Positions 38,081 to 47,969 of a stretch of 64,000 nt of DNA are shown here, piece after piece; the first letter of the stretch is position 1; every line of letters begins with the position of its first letter. Below the pieces are notes generated by a model that searched no databases, had not been told where the DNA came from, and was given only the letters and a program-made list of their open reading frames with translations. This DNA comes from a virus, in the IMG/VR virus record IMGVR_UViG_3300033143_001281, positions 1-64,000 of that record; one strand, written 5' to 3'. Made by a program: the position numbers and the translations under genes.

Positions 38081-38113
38081 GGAGAGACTGGGGTGACTCA
38101 GTCTCTTTTTTTT
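38081..38113 (+). terminator. intrinsic terminator
   Basis: GAGAGACTGGG-GTGA-CTCAGTCTCT followed by a T run. Confidence 0.85.
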
Positions 38114-38163
38114 ACAATTAAATAAAAATGCTTATTTTTACATAAATCCTAATTAAAACTTTT

Positions 38164-39384
38164 ATGTCAAATTATTTAAAACAAAGAATCATTGAAAGCC
38201 TCAAATGGAAAAAACATCCCTCATATTGTGCAGATAAATTAAATATTACAGAATCACAATATACCAAATTAAAGAAGCAAATATTACAAGAAAGAAAGAA
38301 GGATAAAAAGAAAGATAAATTTTTTAGTAAAGCTGCAGATAATGCTCAATTAGTTGAATCAATAGATTTAGAAAAAGGTGAAGGTAAAATATCTGGTACA
38401 TTTGATCATGAACCTAAAAGTGCTGAAGAAATTATTAAACTACTTAAGATAGATACAAACAAATGGAAGCTATCACAATATTGGAATAAACAAATGGGTG
38501 ATCACTGGAGAGTTTCTGCATTAATTAGTCAGATAAAAAATCCAGATGAAAAACATTTTGAAGAGCTTCTTAAAAATTGGAAACCTCAGCAATATAAATT
38601 ACCAAAAACTAAACTAAATAAAAAAGGAGAAAAAGTTTGTGGTGTTATGTCATTACAAGATATTCATTTTGGTAAACAAGGAAATGAAACTATTGATAAA
38701 GATTTTGAGGAAACCATTATTAATTTATTAGAAAGAGCTACACCAGCACATAATATTGAAAAGATGTATTTTGTTGTAGGAGGTGATCTAATCAACATGG
38801 ATACATTTGAGGGTACAACTACAAGTGGCACAGGATTAGATAATTGTATGACAGCTACAGATGCGTATATACAAGCATTTAATGCCATGCATTGGGCTAT
38901 TGGTTATATAAAAGCTTTCTGTAAAGAACTAGTTATAGTTTATGTACCTGGTAATCATGATAGACTTTCTTCATTTCATTTAGTTCATGCTCTATCACAA
39001 TCTATAAATAGTACTGAAATTACTTGGGATATTAAATATGAAGAAAGAAAAGTTCATGTGTGGTATAATAATTTTAATGCATTTGAACATGGTGATAAAA
39101 GAAGTAAAAATAATCCATTAATATATGCATCCGAGTATCCTAAAGAATGGGGTCAGACAGTTAATAGAACTTTATTCAAAGGTCATATTCATACAGACAG
39201 AAAAGTAGAATACATGACATCTAATGAGACAGCAGGTTTTATAGAAAAGACATTACCTAGTCTAGGTAAAACAGATTATTACCACTATTCTAATAAGTAT
39301 GTGGGTAACAGAAGAACAGGTAAATTAGAATTACAGCATCCAACTTTAGGTAATATAGCTGAATTTGCACATCAAGTATTATAA
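38164..39384 (+). CDS. calcineurin-like metallophosphoesterase
   Basis: DIHFG, GGDL, GNHD, EHGD, GHIH motifs. Confidence 0.88.
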   Translation: MSNYLKQRIIESLKWKKHPSYCADKLNITESQYTKLKKQILQERKKDKKKDKFFSKAADNAQLVESIDLEKGEGKISGTFDHEPKSAEEIIKLLKIDTNKWKLSQYWNKQMGDHWRVSALISQIKNPDEKHFEELLKNWKPQQYKLPKTKLNKKGEKVCGVMSLQDIHFGKQGNETIDKDFEETIINLLERATPAHNIEKMYFVVGGDLINMDTFEGTTTSGTGLDNCMTATDAYIQAFNAMHWAIGYIKAFCKELVIVYVPGNHDRLSSFHLVHALSQSINSTEITWDIKYEERKVHVWYNNFNAFEHGDKRSKNNPLIYASEYPKEWGQTVNRTLFKGHIHTDRKVEYMTSNETAGFIEKTLPSLGKTDYYHYSNKYVGNRRTGKLELQHPTLGNIAEFAHQVL

Positions 39385-39421
39385 AGACTCCTGTTAAATT
39401 TCATTTAATGGGGTTTTTTTT
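39385..39421 (+). terminator. intrinsic terminator
   Basis: AGACTCC...GGGGTTT stem with inner TTAAAT/ATTTAA, then a T run. Confidence 0.6.
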
Positions 39422-39442
39422 GTAAATTATAAATGTAACCAT

Positions 39443-40009
39443 ATGATTAATAATTTTAGAAAGCCTGATCTAAAAGCACCTAGATATAGAGAAAAGAGAT
39501 TGGGGTTATTAAACGAGGAAACAATAAGAGAGTTCAAAGATAAAAAACCTATGTACTCTCAAATAGATAATGTTAAATTAAAAAAGATTATAAAACTATA
39601 TAATGTAAAACTTTGGAATGCAGTTATAAACAATAGAGATGGTGTAGAATTACCTGATTCATTAGGTTTCTTATTTATTGGAACGTGTAAGCCTTCTAAA
39701 ACAGTTAATACTAATTATGCTTTATCTAAAGAATATGGCAAGGTTTTACAAAATAAAAACTGGGAAACTGATGGTAATTTGGGTAAAATATTTTATACAA
39801 ATTATTCAACTAAATATAGATTTAAAAATAGAGAGTTGTGGAGGTTTGTTGCATGTAGAGAGTTTAAAAGAGCTGTAGCTAAAAGCTATCCTAATAATTG
39901 GACCAGATATGTAGTTATGAAGAATAAATATAGAGTAGCTCATTTATATGATGAGAACTCAGATGAAACCAACAAAGCATTAAAGTATTATAATGAATTT
40001 GAAAAATAA
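39443..40009 (+). CDS. basic IHF-like protein of the crAss tail module
   Basis: GVELPDSLG.L.I...W.F.ACREFKR. Confidence 0.55.
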   Translation: MINNFRKPDLKAPRYREKRLGLLNEETIREFKDKKPMYSQIDNVKLKKIIKLYNVKLWNAVINNRDGVELPDSLGFLFIGTCKPSKTVNTNYALSKEYGKVLQNKNWETDGNLGKIFYTNYSTKYRFKNRELWRFVACREFKRAVAKSYPNNWTRYVVMKNKYRVAHLYDENSDETNKALKYYNEFEK

Positions 40010-40014
40010 AAAGA

Positions 40015-40686
40015 ATGGCAACAATAGCAGAAACAATATCTAGAATTAGGGGTCAAGTCAAAGCTGAAGTTCAAGATGCTTTTGTTACTGATAGATATAT
40101 TTATAGTCTTATTGAAAAATATGCTCAGTTCTTAATGAGAAGGCAAGACTATGCAAACAAACTTATAAAATTTAATTCAGTTTGGAAAACATTACCATAT
40201 GTAGAATTGATTGAGGTAGATAAAGTAGAAGCACATTGTGCTGGAATACAAAGTGGTTGTACAATAAAACGTACAAAAAATAAACTTCCATCAATGTTTG
40301 AAGGATATTGGGGACCTCTTATACGAACCATAAGTTCTATTGATGGATCACAAGAGTTACAAGCAACTCAACCAGGAACTTATACCTCTATGACTAAAAC
40401 TACTACTTTTAAATATAATAGATCATTATATTTTTGGTGGCTTGATGGTTATATATATTGCCCAAACATAGAATGGGATGCTATTAAAGTTGAAGGTGTA
40501 TTTGATTCTGATATTACTAAATGGGATTGTGATATAGAAAATGACTGCACACCTAGATATGATCAACAAATATTTATACCAGAGGCTTTGTTTGCAGAAA
40601 TAGAAAGTCAAGTTGTTGCAGCAATGACAAATACAATGCAAATCCCTTCAGAAGATTCTGATAACAAAAGAAACATAAATAGATAA
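40015..40686 (+). CDS. tail ring/tubular protein
   Basis: TDRYIY, YFWW.DGYIY, VEGVF, P.EDSDN motifs and synteny. Confidence 0.65.
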   Translation: MATIAETISRIRGQVKAEVQDAFVTDRYIYSLIEKYAQFLMRRQDYANKLIKFNSVWKTLPYVELIEVDKVEAHCAGIQSGCTIKRTKNKLPSMFEGYWGPLIRTISSIDGSQELQATQPGTYTSMTKTTTFKYNRSLYFWWLDGYIYCPNIEWDAIKVEGVFDSDITKWDCDIENDCTPRYDQQIFIPEALFAEIESQVVAAMTNTMQIPSEDSDNKRNINR

Positions 40687-40688
40687 TA

Positions 40689-41627
40689 ATGGGAGTATCA
40701 CATAAATATAGAACGTTTAGTCAATTAATGGAAGATGTATCTATTGATTTTTCTACATATGCATTAGAAGGTATGATAGAACCTCAACAGCTAATAAAAG
40801 TTGCACAAAGGGTAAACTATGATTTAGGTTTAAAAATACATAGAACTAAGCAAGTAATAATTGATATTGAACATGGTAAAGGACAATTACCTGTAGATTT
40901 TAAATATATTAATTATGCATTTAGATGTGGTAATTATAAAATAAACACAACAATGCCGTCAGGTACACACGTTGAAACATTTAATGATGTTCCATATGTA
41001 CCTGCACCAGGTGAGAAAGCTCCGTGCAATACAGATCCTACATGTAAAGATGTATGTGTAATTAAAACATGTGATGATGAAAAAAGTTATCAATTAGTTC
41101 AAAGAGTTGGACCAGATCAGTATAGATGCTTTGATAGTTGGACACAACTTAGAATTCAAGATGTTAATGATGCTGTATGTTATTGTCCAACATTAGGAGC
41201 ACAAGCATTAGATATTGCTGAAGTAAAAGATGGATGGCTTATTACAACTTTTAAAACAGGTAAAGTTTATTTGAGTTATCAAGGAGCTATGGAAGATACT
41301 TTTGGTGATTTACTGGTATTAGATCATCCATACTGTAATGAATATTATGAGTATGCCATAAAACAAAGAATACTTGAGAATATGGTTTGGCAAGGAGAAA
41401 ATGTATCTAATCAATTAGGATTAGTAGAACAAAGGTTAAGAGCTGCAAGAAATAATGCATTAGGTTTTGTTAATACTCCTGATTTCAAAGATATGTGGAA
41501 AGTCTTTACAATGAATAGAAGAGCACAGTATCATAATTATTATAATATGTTTTTGAGTTATGCTCCTATAAATCCAAGAGTTGTTTCTGCACCAAATGTT
41601 TCATCAAGCGGTAGCACAACAGTTTGA
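40689..41627 (+). CDS. tail tubular/ring protein
   Basis: IEHGKGQLP.DF, T.FKTGKVYLSY, EY.IK motifs; precedes stabilisation protein. Confidence 0.65.
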   Translation: MGVSHKYRTFSQLMEDVSIDFSTYALEGMIEPQQLIKVAQRVNYDLGLKIHRTKQVIIDIEHGKGQLPVDFKYINYAFRCGNYKINTTMPSGTHVETFNDVPYVPAPGEKAPCNTDPTCKDVCVIKTCDDEKSYQLVQRVGPDQYRCFDSWTQLRIQDVNDAVCYCPTLGAQALDIAEVKDGWLITTFKTGKVYLSYQGAMEDTFGDLLVLDHPYCNEYYEYAIKQRILENMVWQGENVSNQLGLVEQRLRAARNNALGFVNTPDFKDMWKVFTMNRRAQYHNYYNMFLSYAPINPRVVSAPNVSSSGSTTV

Positions 41628-41645
41628 AAATAGAAGTAATATATT

Positions 41646-44600
41646 ATGGCAAAAAAAAGATCATCTTCTTCAAATAACAGGCAGAGGCAATCTAGAACAA
41701 GTTCATCTGTGCAAACAAATTCATTCACTAAAGGAATGAACAAAGACATTGCACCTTCTTTGGAAAATAACCAAAGTTGGTGGCATGCACGTAATGCTGC
41801 AAATAATTCAGAAGATGGTGATGTGGGTGTTATTGGTAATGAGCCAGCTAATTTAGCTTGTGGTGTTATACCATATACAATCATTGGTGCTGTTCATAGA
41901 TATGGGGATGAGTGGATAGTATATTCTACAGATGATATTAATTCTGAAATAGGAAAATTTGATGACAGTGAATGTAAATATGAAACACTTGTTAATGATC
42001 CTTGTTTAAACTTTAATAGAAAATATTTAATTACAGGTGCAGCAAAAGAAAATTTTGATTGTACATGGCAAGTCTATTGGGATGATGGTAATAATCCATC
42101 AAGAACATTAAATATTGATGACATACCTTGGAAAAAAGTTCAAGTCACAGGTCCAGATATAGATGGTAGTGATTGTGTTACTTATGAAGTTATTGAGCCA
42201 AAAAGATTAGACTGTGAACAAATAAGATTAGCGCCTTTAGTTGATACACCTTGTATTGTTTTAAGCAATTCAACTGACTCAGGTATGATACGCAATGGTG
42301 CTTATCAAGTGTTTGTTGCATATGTAGAAAATGAAGTAAGAGTAACTGATTATATTGGTATTTCAAATATTCAGACTATATGGAGTCATGAGGGAAGTAA
42401 TGGTTCTTTAAATATAAGTTTATCTAATTTAGATAAAGATTATGAATATTATGAAGTAGTACTGCTTAGAAGAAACCAAGGTCAAACTTCTGCTAAAAGA
42501 ATTGGTTTTTATAGTGTCCAGCAAAGTGATATAAATATAGATTATATAGATGAATCATTACCAGCAGTATCTTTAGAAACAATTCCTTTGCGTAGTCCAG
42601 CCTATGAAAAATCTGAATCAATGTTTGTTGTAAATGATTGGCTGATAAGACAAGGCCCAACAGAACAATTTGATTTTAATTATCAACCAGATGCAAACAA
42701 CATTCAAGTAGAATGGGTTGCTAATGCAGAAAATACTAACTTTTACTATAAAGGCGGTAATAAATATAATTTTTTAAGAGATGAGCAATATGCTTTCTTT
42801 ATAAGATGGATATATAATACAGGAGAAAGATCTTCTTCATATCATATACCTGGTAGAGCACCAGAATCTTATACTACTCCCAGCGGTTTAGTATATCAAG
42901 AAGATGAGATAATTTATGGAGATAATGTTTTAGATACTGTAAGTGGAGATAAACTATTTAAAGTATATAATACAGCTTCAGTTACTTCATTAGTTACTGA
43001 AGAGTTAGATGATGGTACTGTTGTTTATGCAAGAGGAAAAATGGGATATTGGGAATCTACGGAAAGATATCCTATGAAGCCTGATATTTGGGGTGACTTA
43101 TGTGGTAAGCCCATAAGACATCACAAAATGCCATCAGAAGAAACATCTAATGCATTAGCACTAACAAACACAAGTGGTGATTTAATAAATATATTGGGTG
43201 TTCAATTTTCTAATATTGCAAGACCCAAATATAATGATGGTACATTTATACCAAATGTAGTAGGATATGAGATACTAAGAGGTTCTAGATTAGGTGCAAA
43301 ATCTATACTTGCAAAAGGATTATTTAGAAACATGCGTAAGTATACTGTTCCTAATCCGGAAGATTTAATTGGAAATAATGTTCAAGGCTTATATGTAAAT
43401 TATCCTTATAATGATCTTAGACCAGATATTTATTTTCACACAGGTGGATCAGGTAGTTTAAAAAGAACAGATGGTTGTGATTCATTTGATGGTTCTATGA
43501 CATCTTATCAAGCATTAGGTGATGAACCTGATATAGGTGGTGAGCCGGCAGGTTATTCAAGAAAAGTTTTTAGTTTTTCTTCTCCTGATTTAATGTTTAC
43601 AAAGCCATTTTTAAATGCTTATGAAACTCGTATATATGGGCAGCTAAGTGGTAATGCAACTGGTAGATTTAAACAATCAGAAGACCATCCTCAGTTTAAG
43701 TTATTAAGAGGTGGTGCTGCATTAGTAGCATCTATTATAGGTTTTGGATATGCAATTCATCAGATTAGAGGTACAGAAGGTAGAAGAATGAATTCTACTG
43801 GAGGTAATATGACAAGTATTTCAGGTAAAGGAGAAGAAATAAAAGGTACAGAGCAAAGGGGTAACAATGGATTTGTTACGTTAACTGTACCACCTGGTGT
43901 TGCTACGGTAAATTGGAGTCCAAGAAGTGGAGGAGTAATTTCTGGTGGTGATTGGGAAATACAAGATCCTGCTAAGCTAACTACATATCAAACAGCTGCT
44001 ACTGCAGCAGTTGGTGCTTCTTCAGGCTCATCATTAGCATTATCTTTATTAATGGAAAGTTTAGCTGGTATAGGAGATTTATATACTGGTGGATTAGTTA
44101 CTGAGATTCAAGAAGGCGCTCAAATCACACAAAATGCTGGTCATGCAAGTGTGTTGGGTGTCAATTCAGGAATACAAACAAATACAAGAACAAAAGATAC
44201 AAGTACATCTAATATTCCACAAATATTTAGAACAATTACTGGTTTATTAAGTACTCAAACAAATCTTGCTATAGGAGGTAATGAAATTATTGAACTTCTA
44301 TATAATTTAGCAGATGAATCTTCTTTTGCATACAAGTACAATTCAGAAGGTTTTTTCTTTGATTTCTCAAATCAAACAAATGGTTTATGGAGAATAAAAA
44401 ATACTGATTCAAATTATATTGGTCAATCATTTCAAACATTTAATCAAGGTGAATATAAAATAAATAATTTATATAGACCTAGTACAGTTGCTGTAGCTTT
44501 AGATAAAGAATTAACTGATCCAGCTACAGTTGATACATCTAGATTTTCTATAGGTGGTGAACTGAATTTAACTTTAAATGCCGCAGGAGAATATGTAAGT

Positions 44601-47600
44601 TCTACTCCAGTAGAGTTTAGTGATAGTTATTTGCTAGAACCTACTACTGAAAGAGGATCAACAATATCAGCATATTATGGTGCATTAAAATTTAATTTTG
44701 ATAATCAATATGGTCAGTTATCTGGTATCAAACAAGTTCAAATGCGTGGTTGTGTTGAGCTGCTTGATCCTGATAAACCAGATGAATATTTATACAGCAG
44801 TAAACCTATTTTTGCAGGAGATACATTTGTAGGTAGGTATACTGAAAAAGTTATAATGCCAATATTTAGTAATTATTTATTAGGCCAACCTGATAATTAT
44901 ACTTTTGATTATTCTTTATATGTAAACATACCTTACCCAAGATGGTGGTTAAATTCTCAAAGATATGACATCACACCATTAGCAAGAGAAATAGCTACTC
45001 TAGGTCTTGTTAGTACTGGCTCTTTAGAAGCTCTTTATCCAAATGATTTATTTTATTTGGATAGAGGTAATGATTCTTGTGCTACAGGTTTTAATGCATT
45101 ATTTAATGATGATGATCCTAATCCAACATTTGAAATGCTATATGCATATATGTATACACATATTAATGGTATGTTAGATTTTTATGTGGAGTCTGAAATT
45201 AATTTAGATCAAAGAGATTGGGAAGATGAACCAGCAAAAAGAATATACAGTGTTTATGATTATAATGATACTGATGAATTATTCCATGCAGCTATAGAAA
45301 AAGAAGACAACTTTTATAAATATGATGAATCATTAAGTGTTGGAAAGTTTCCTACACAAATGGCATCTTTTGCTGAAGTACAGCGTTTAGATTATGATCC
45401 TTACATTGCTGAGACTTGTTATGTAAATTATCCTAAAAGGTTAATATATTCTTTACAGGCACAAGAAGAATCAAGAAAAGATTATTGGAGAGTATTTTTA
45501 AATAACAACTATAGAGATTTTAAAAATGATGTTAGTGTTATAAAACCAATCAATAAAAGCGGTGCATTAATATTCTTTCCACATTTGTCACCTCAAATGT
45601 TTCAGGGACTTGATACATTGAAGACTCAGCTTGATACTAAATTAACAATAGGTGATGGTGGTTTGTTTAGTCAACCCTTCCAAAATGTTGCAAATGCAGA
45701 TATATCTAATGAGTATGGTTCATGTGAAAGTTTAAGAGGTGTTATTAATACACCTGTTGGTTTATTTTTTATATCACAAGCACAAGGTAAGATATTTCAA
45801 TATGCTGGTAAAGGTCTTCAGCCAATATCAAATCAAGGTATGAAATGGTGGTTTGCAAAATATTTACCATCTAAATTTATAAAACAATTTCCAAATTCAG
45901 AGACATCAGTATGGACAGATAATCCAGTTCAAGGTGTGGGTTGTCAAGTTATATATGATTCAGTAGATGATGTAGTTTATTTTATGAAAAAAGATTATAA
46001 ACTTAAATCTCAATATATTGCAACAGCAGAATTTGTTGACACTGATTATAAGCCGGTTATTGTAGAAACTGTACCTGGTGTAAAAGTTAATGTAGACATA
46101 GGTGATCCAATTTATTTTGATGATTGTTCATGGACTATTAGTTATGATCCTAAAGTTAAAGCTTGGATTTCATTTCATGATTGGCACCCTGAATTAGCGT
46201 TACCAAGTATAAATCATTTCTTTACTACAAAAACAACAACTACTACTATACCTCAATGTCCTCCAGGATATTCTTATAATCCTTCAAATGGTTTGTGTGA
46301 AATAGCAATTAATCAAACTGTAGATGCAACTATTGTTGTTGATGAAATAACTGAAAATGTTGTATCAGGTGGACCAGTTAATTGTTTGGTAGATGTTGTG
46401 ATTGCAATGGACACTTCTGGTAGTACAAATAGTGCTAATAGAAGACAAGCACAACTTGCCCTTGTTGCTGCTTTCTTAGCGGATCCTCAAATAGTAACTT
46501 TGATGAATAATGCACAGATGCAGATTGGATTTACAGAATGGGATACTACAACTCAACCTTATAATATTCCTAATCCTGCTGGTGGTACTTGGTCTATGAG
46601 TAATACAGTTACTAATGCAGCGGTACAAAACTGGTATAACTCAGTATGGTGTGTTGGAGGAGGTTGTGGTACAAGTGAAATTGTAGGTTTGAATGGCGCA
46701 CAAGCATTAATAAATAATAAGGCTGGTTCTCAACTAGGAGATAGAAGTGCTCAACCAAATTTTAGAAATGTTATTTTATTTATAACAGATACAACAGGTA
46801 CTCCTGGTGCACAAACTGGACAACCTTTTCAAAGTAGCAATGTAGGTACTGGTACTGGACCTGCTAACCAATTTTTGTATGGTATATATTGTGGTGCTAC
46901 AAATGCAACTCCACCTAGTACAGCAACATTAAATGCAATAACACAAACTACAGGACCAGTTAACGTTGATCCATTTCAATTTGGTATAAATGCTGCCAAC
47001 CCAGCAACTTTTCAACCTGTTGCAAATGCTATTGCTGGTGCAGTTTGTGGAACAGATTATGAGTGTGAATGTCCTACAGGCTATACATTAGTTTATCCAG
47101 ACCCTGTTACTTCATCATATAGTTCTGCTACTGGTACTTGTACAGATGTTCCTGGAGAAGCTCCAATATGTAGAAGAGTTACTTGTGAGTGTCCACCTGT
47201 TGTTGTGCCTGGAACAGTAGTTACCGAATTGGGAACTTGTCCAGATAGTGCTCCTGGAATATATGATATTGGTGATCCTAATTGGGTTGACCCAGATCCA
47301 AGACGTTGTAATTTTTATTTTTATGAAAGTACAACAGCTAATTTTGAAGTAGGATCATTTTGGAGACATAATGTAAGATGTGATTTATTTGCAAATTACT
47401 ATAATGAAGATTACCCATGGGAAATAGATTTAATATCTAATACCGGTCAGTCAGTAAACACAGTCCGTAGTTTTGAATATCAATTAGAGACTTATGTTTA
47501 TAAAGGAGATCCTCAATATAATATGTGTGGGGGAGATAAATGGGAAGATTTAGATTTTAATTTTGATAGAGCAATTGTATATAACAATGATCAGACTTCT

Positions 47601-47969
47601 GGATTATTAAATATTAATCAGCAGTCTACAAATGATCCTTGGGGTAATCTAACATATCCAATAATAAATTTTAATAGTATAGATATTTTAGCATCTAAAG
47701 TTGAACACAAATTTAGATTTAATCAATTTTGGGATATAACAAATGATAGAGGAGAATTTACAAATGTTGAGCAGTCTATATTTGATACGGAATGTAATGG
47801 ATATATAAGACCTTTAAATAGTATAAATTTAAATTATAATAAACCTCCAACACAAAGAAAGAAGTTTAGACATTATTCAAATCAAGTTATATTAAGAAGA
47901 CAGCTTTCAGGAAATAGAAAAATGTTATTAAGATTAAATAATACTAAGTTATTACTATCACAAAGATAA
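41646..47969 (+). CDS. tail stabilisation (muzzle) protein with inserted vWA domain
   Basis: NSFTKGMNKD start, YWDDGNNP.R.LNI, GYWESTE.YP, PIRHHKMP, GDTFVGRY, WTISYDP...WISFHDW motifs. Confidence 0.8.
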   Translation: MAKKRSSSSNNRQRQSRTSSSVQTNSFTKGMNKDIAPSLENNQSWWHARNAANNSEDGDVGVIGNEPANLACGVIPYTIIGAVHRYGDEWIVYSTDDINSEIGKFDDSECKYETLVNDPCLNFNRKYLITGAAKENFDCTWQVYWDDGNNPSRTLNIDDIPWKKVQVTGPDIDGSDCVTYEVIEPKRLDCEQIRLAPLVDTPCIVLSNSTDSGMIRNGAYQVFVAYVENEVRVTDYIGISNIQTIWSHEGSNGSLNISLSNLDKDYEYYEVVLLRRNQGQTSAKRIGFYSVQQSDINIDYIDESLPAVSLETIPLRSPAYEKSESMFVVNDWLIRQGPTEQFDFNYQPDANNIQVEWVANAENTNFYYKGGNKYNFLRDEQYAFFIRWIYNTGERSSSYHIPGRAPESYTTPSGLVYQEDEIIYGDNVLDTVSGDKLFKVYNTASVTSLVTEELDDGTVVYARGKMGYWESTERYPMKPDIWGDLCGKPIRHHKMPSEETSNALALTNTSGDLINILGVQFSNIARPKYNDGTFIPNVVGYEILRGSRLGAKSILAKGLFRNMRKYTVPNPEDLIGNNVQGLYVNYPYNDLRPDIYFHTGGSGSLKRTDGCDSFDGSMTSYQALGDEPDIGGEPAGYSRKVFSFSSPDLMFTKPFLNAYETRIYGQLSGNATGRFKQSEDHPQFKLLRGGAALVASIIGFGYAIHQIRGTEGRRMNSTGGNMTSISGKGEEIKGTEQRGNNGFVTLTVPPGVATVNWSPRSGGVISGGDWEIQDPAKLTTYQTAATAAVGASSGSSLALSLLMESLAGIGDLYTGGLVTEIQEGAQITQNAGHASVLGVNSGIQTNTRTKDTSTSNIPQIFRTITGLLSTQTNLAIGGNEIIELLYNLADESSFAYKYNSEGFFFDFSNQTNGLWRIKNTDSNYIGQSFQTFNQGEYKINNLYRPSTVAVALDKELTDPATVDTSRFSIGGELNLTLNAAGEYVSSTPVEFSDSYLLEPTTERGSTISAYYGALKFNFDNQYGQLSGIKQVQMRGCVELLDPDKPDEYLYSSKPIFAGDTFVGRYTEKVIMPIFSNYLLGQPDNYTFDYSLYVNIPYPRWWLNSQRYDITPLAREIATLGLVSTGSLEALYPNDLFYLDRGNDSCATGFNALFNDDDPNPTFEMLYAYMYTHINGMLDFYVESEINLDQRDWEDEPAKRIYSVYDYNDTDELFHAAIEKEDNFYKYDESLSVGKFPTQMASFAEVQRLDYDPYIAETCYVNYPKRLIYSLQAQEESRKDYWRVFLNNNYRDFKNDVSVIKPINKSGALIFFPHLSPQMFQGLDTLKTQLDTKLTIGDGGLFSQPFQNVANADISNEYGSCESLRGVINTPVGLFFISQAQGKIFQYAGKGLQPISNQGMKWWFAKYLPSKFIKQFPNSETSVWTDNPVQGVGCQVIYDSVDDVVYFMKKDYKLKSQYIATAEFVDTDYKPVIVETVPGVKVNVDIGDPIYFDDCSWTISYDPKVKAWISFHDWHPELALPSINHFFTTKTTTTTIPQCPPGYSYNPSNGLCEIAINQTVDATIVVDEITENVVSGGPVNCLVDVVIAMDTSGSTNSANRRQAQLALVAAFLADPQIVTLMNNAQMQIGFTEWDTTTQPYNIPNPAGGTWSMSNTVTNAAVQNWYNSVWCVGGGCGTSEIVGLNGAQALINNKAGSQLGDRSAQPNFRNVILFITDTTGTPGAQTGQPFQSSNVGTGTGPANQFLYGIYCGATNATPPSTATLNAITQTTGPVNVDPFQFGINAANPATFQPVANAIAGAVCGTDYECECPTGYTLVYPDPVTSSYSSATGTCTDVPGEAPICRRVTCECPPVVVPGTVVTELGTCPDSAPGIYDIGDPNWVDPDPRRCNFYFYESTTANFEVGSFWRHNVRCDLFANYYNEDYPWEIDLISNTGQSVNTVRSFEYQLETYVYKGDPQYNMCGGDKWEDLDFNFDRAIVYNNDQTSGLLNINQQSTNDPWGNLTYPIINFNSIDILASKVEHKFRFNQFWDITNDRGEFTNVEQSIFDTECNGYIRPLNSINLNYNKPPTQRKKFRHYSNQVILRRQLSGNRKMLLRLNNTKLLLSQR

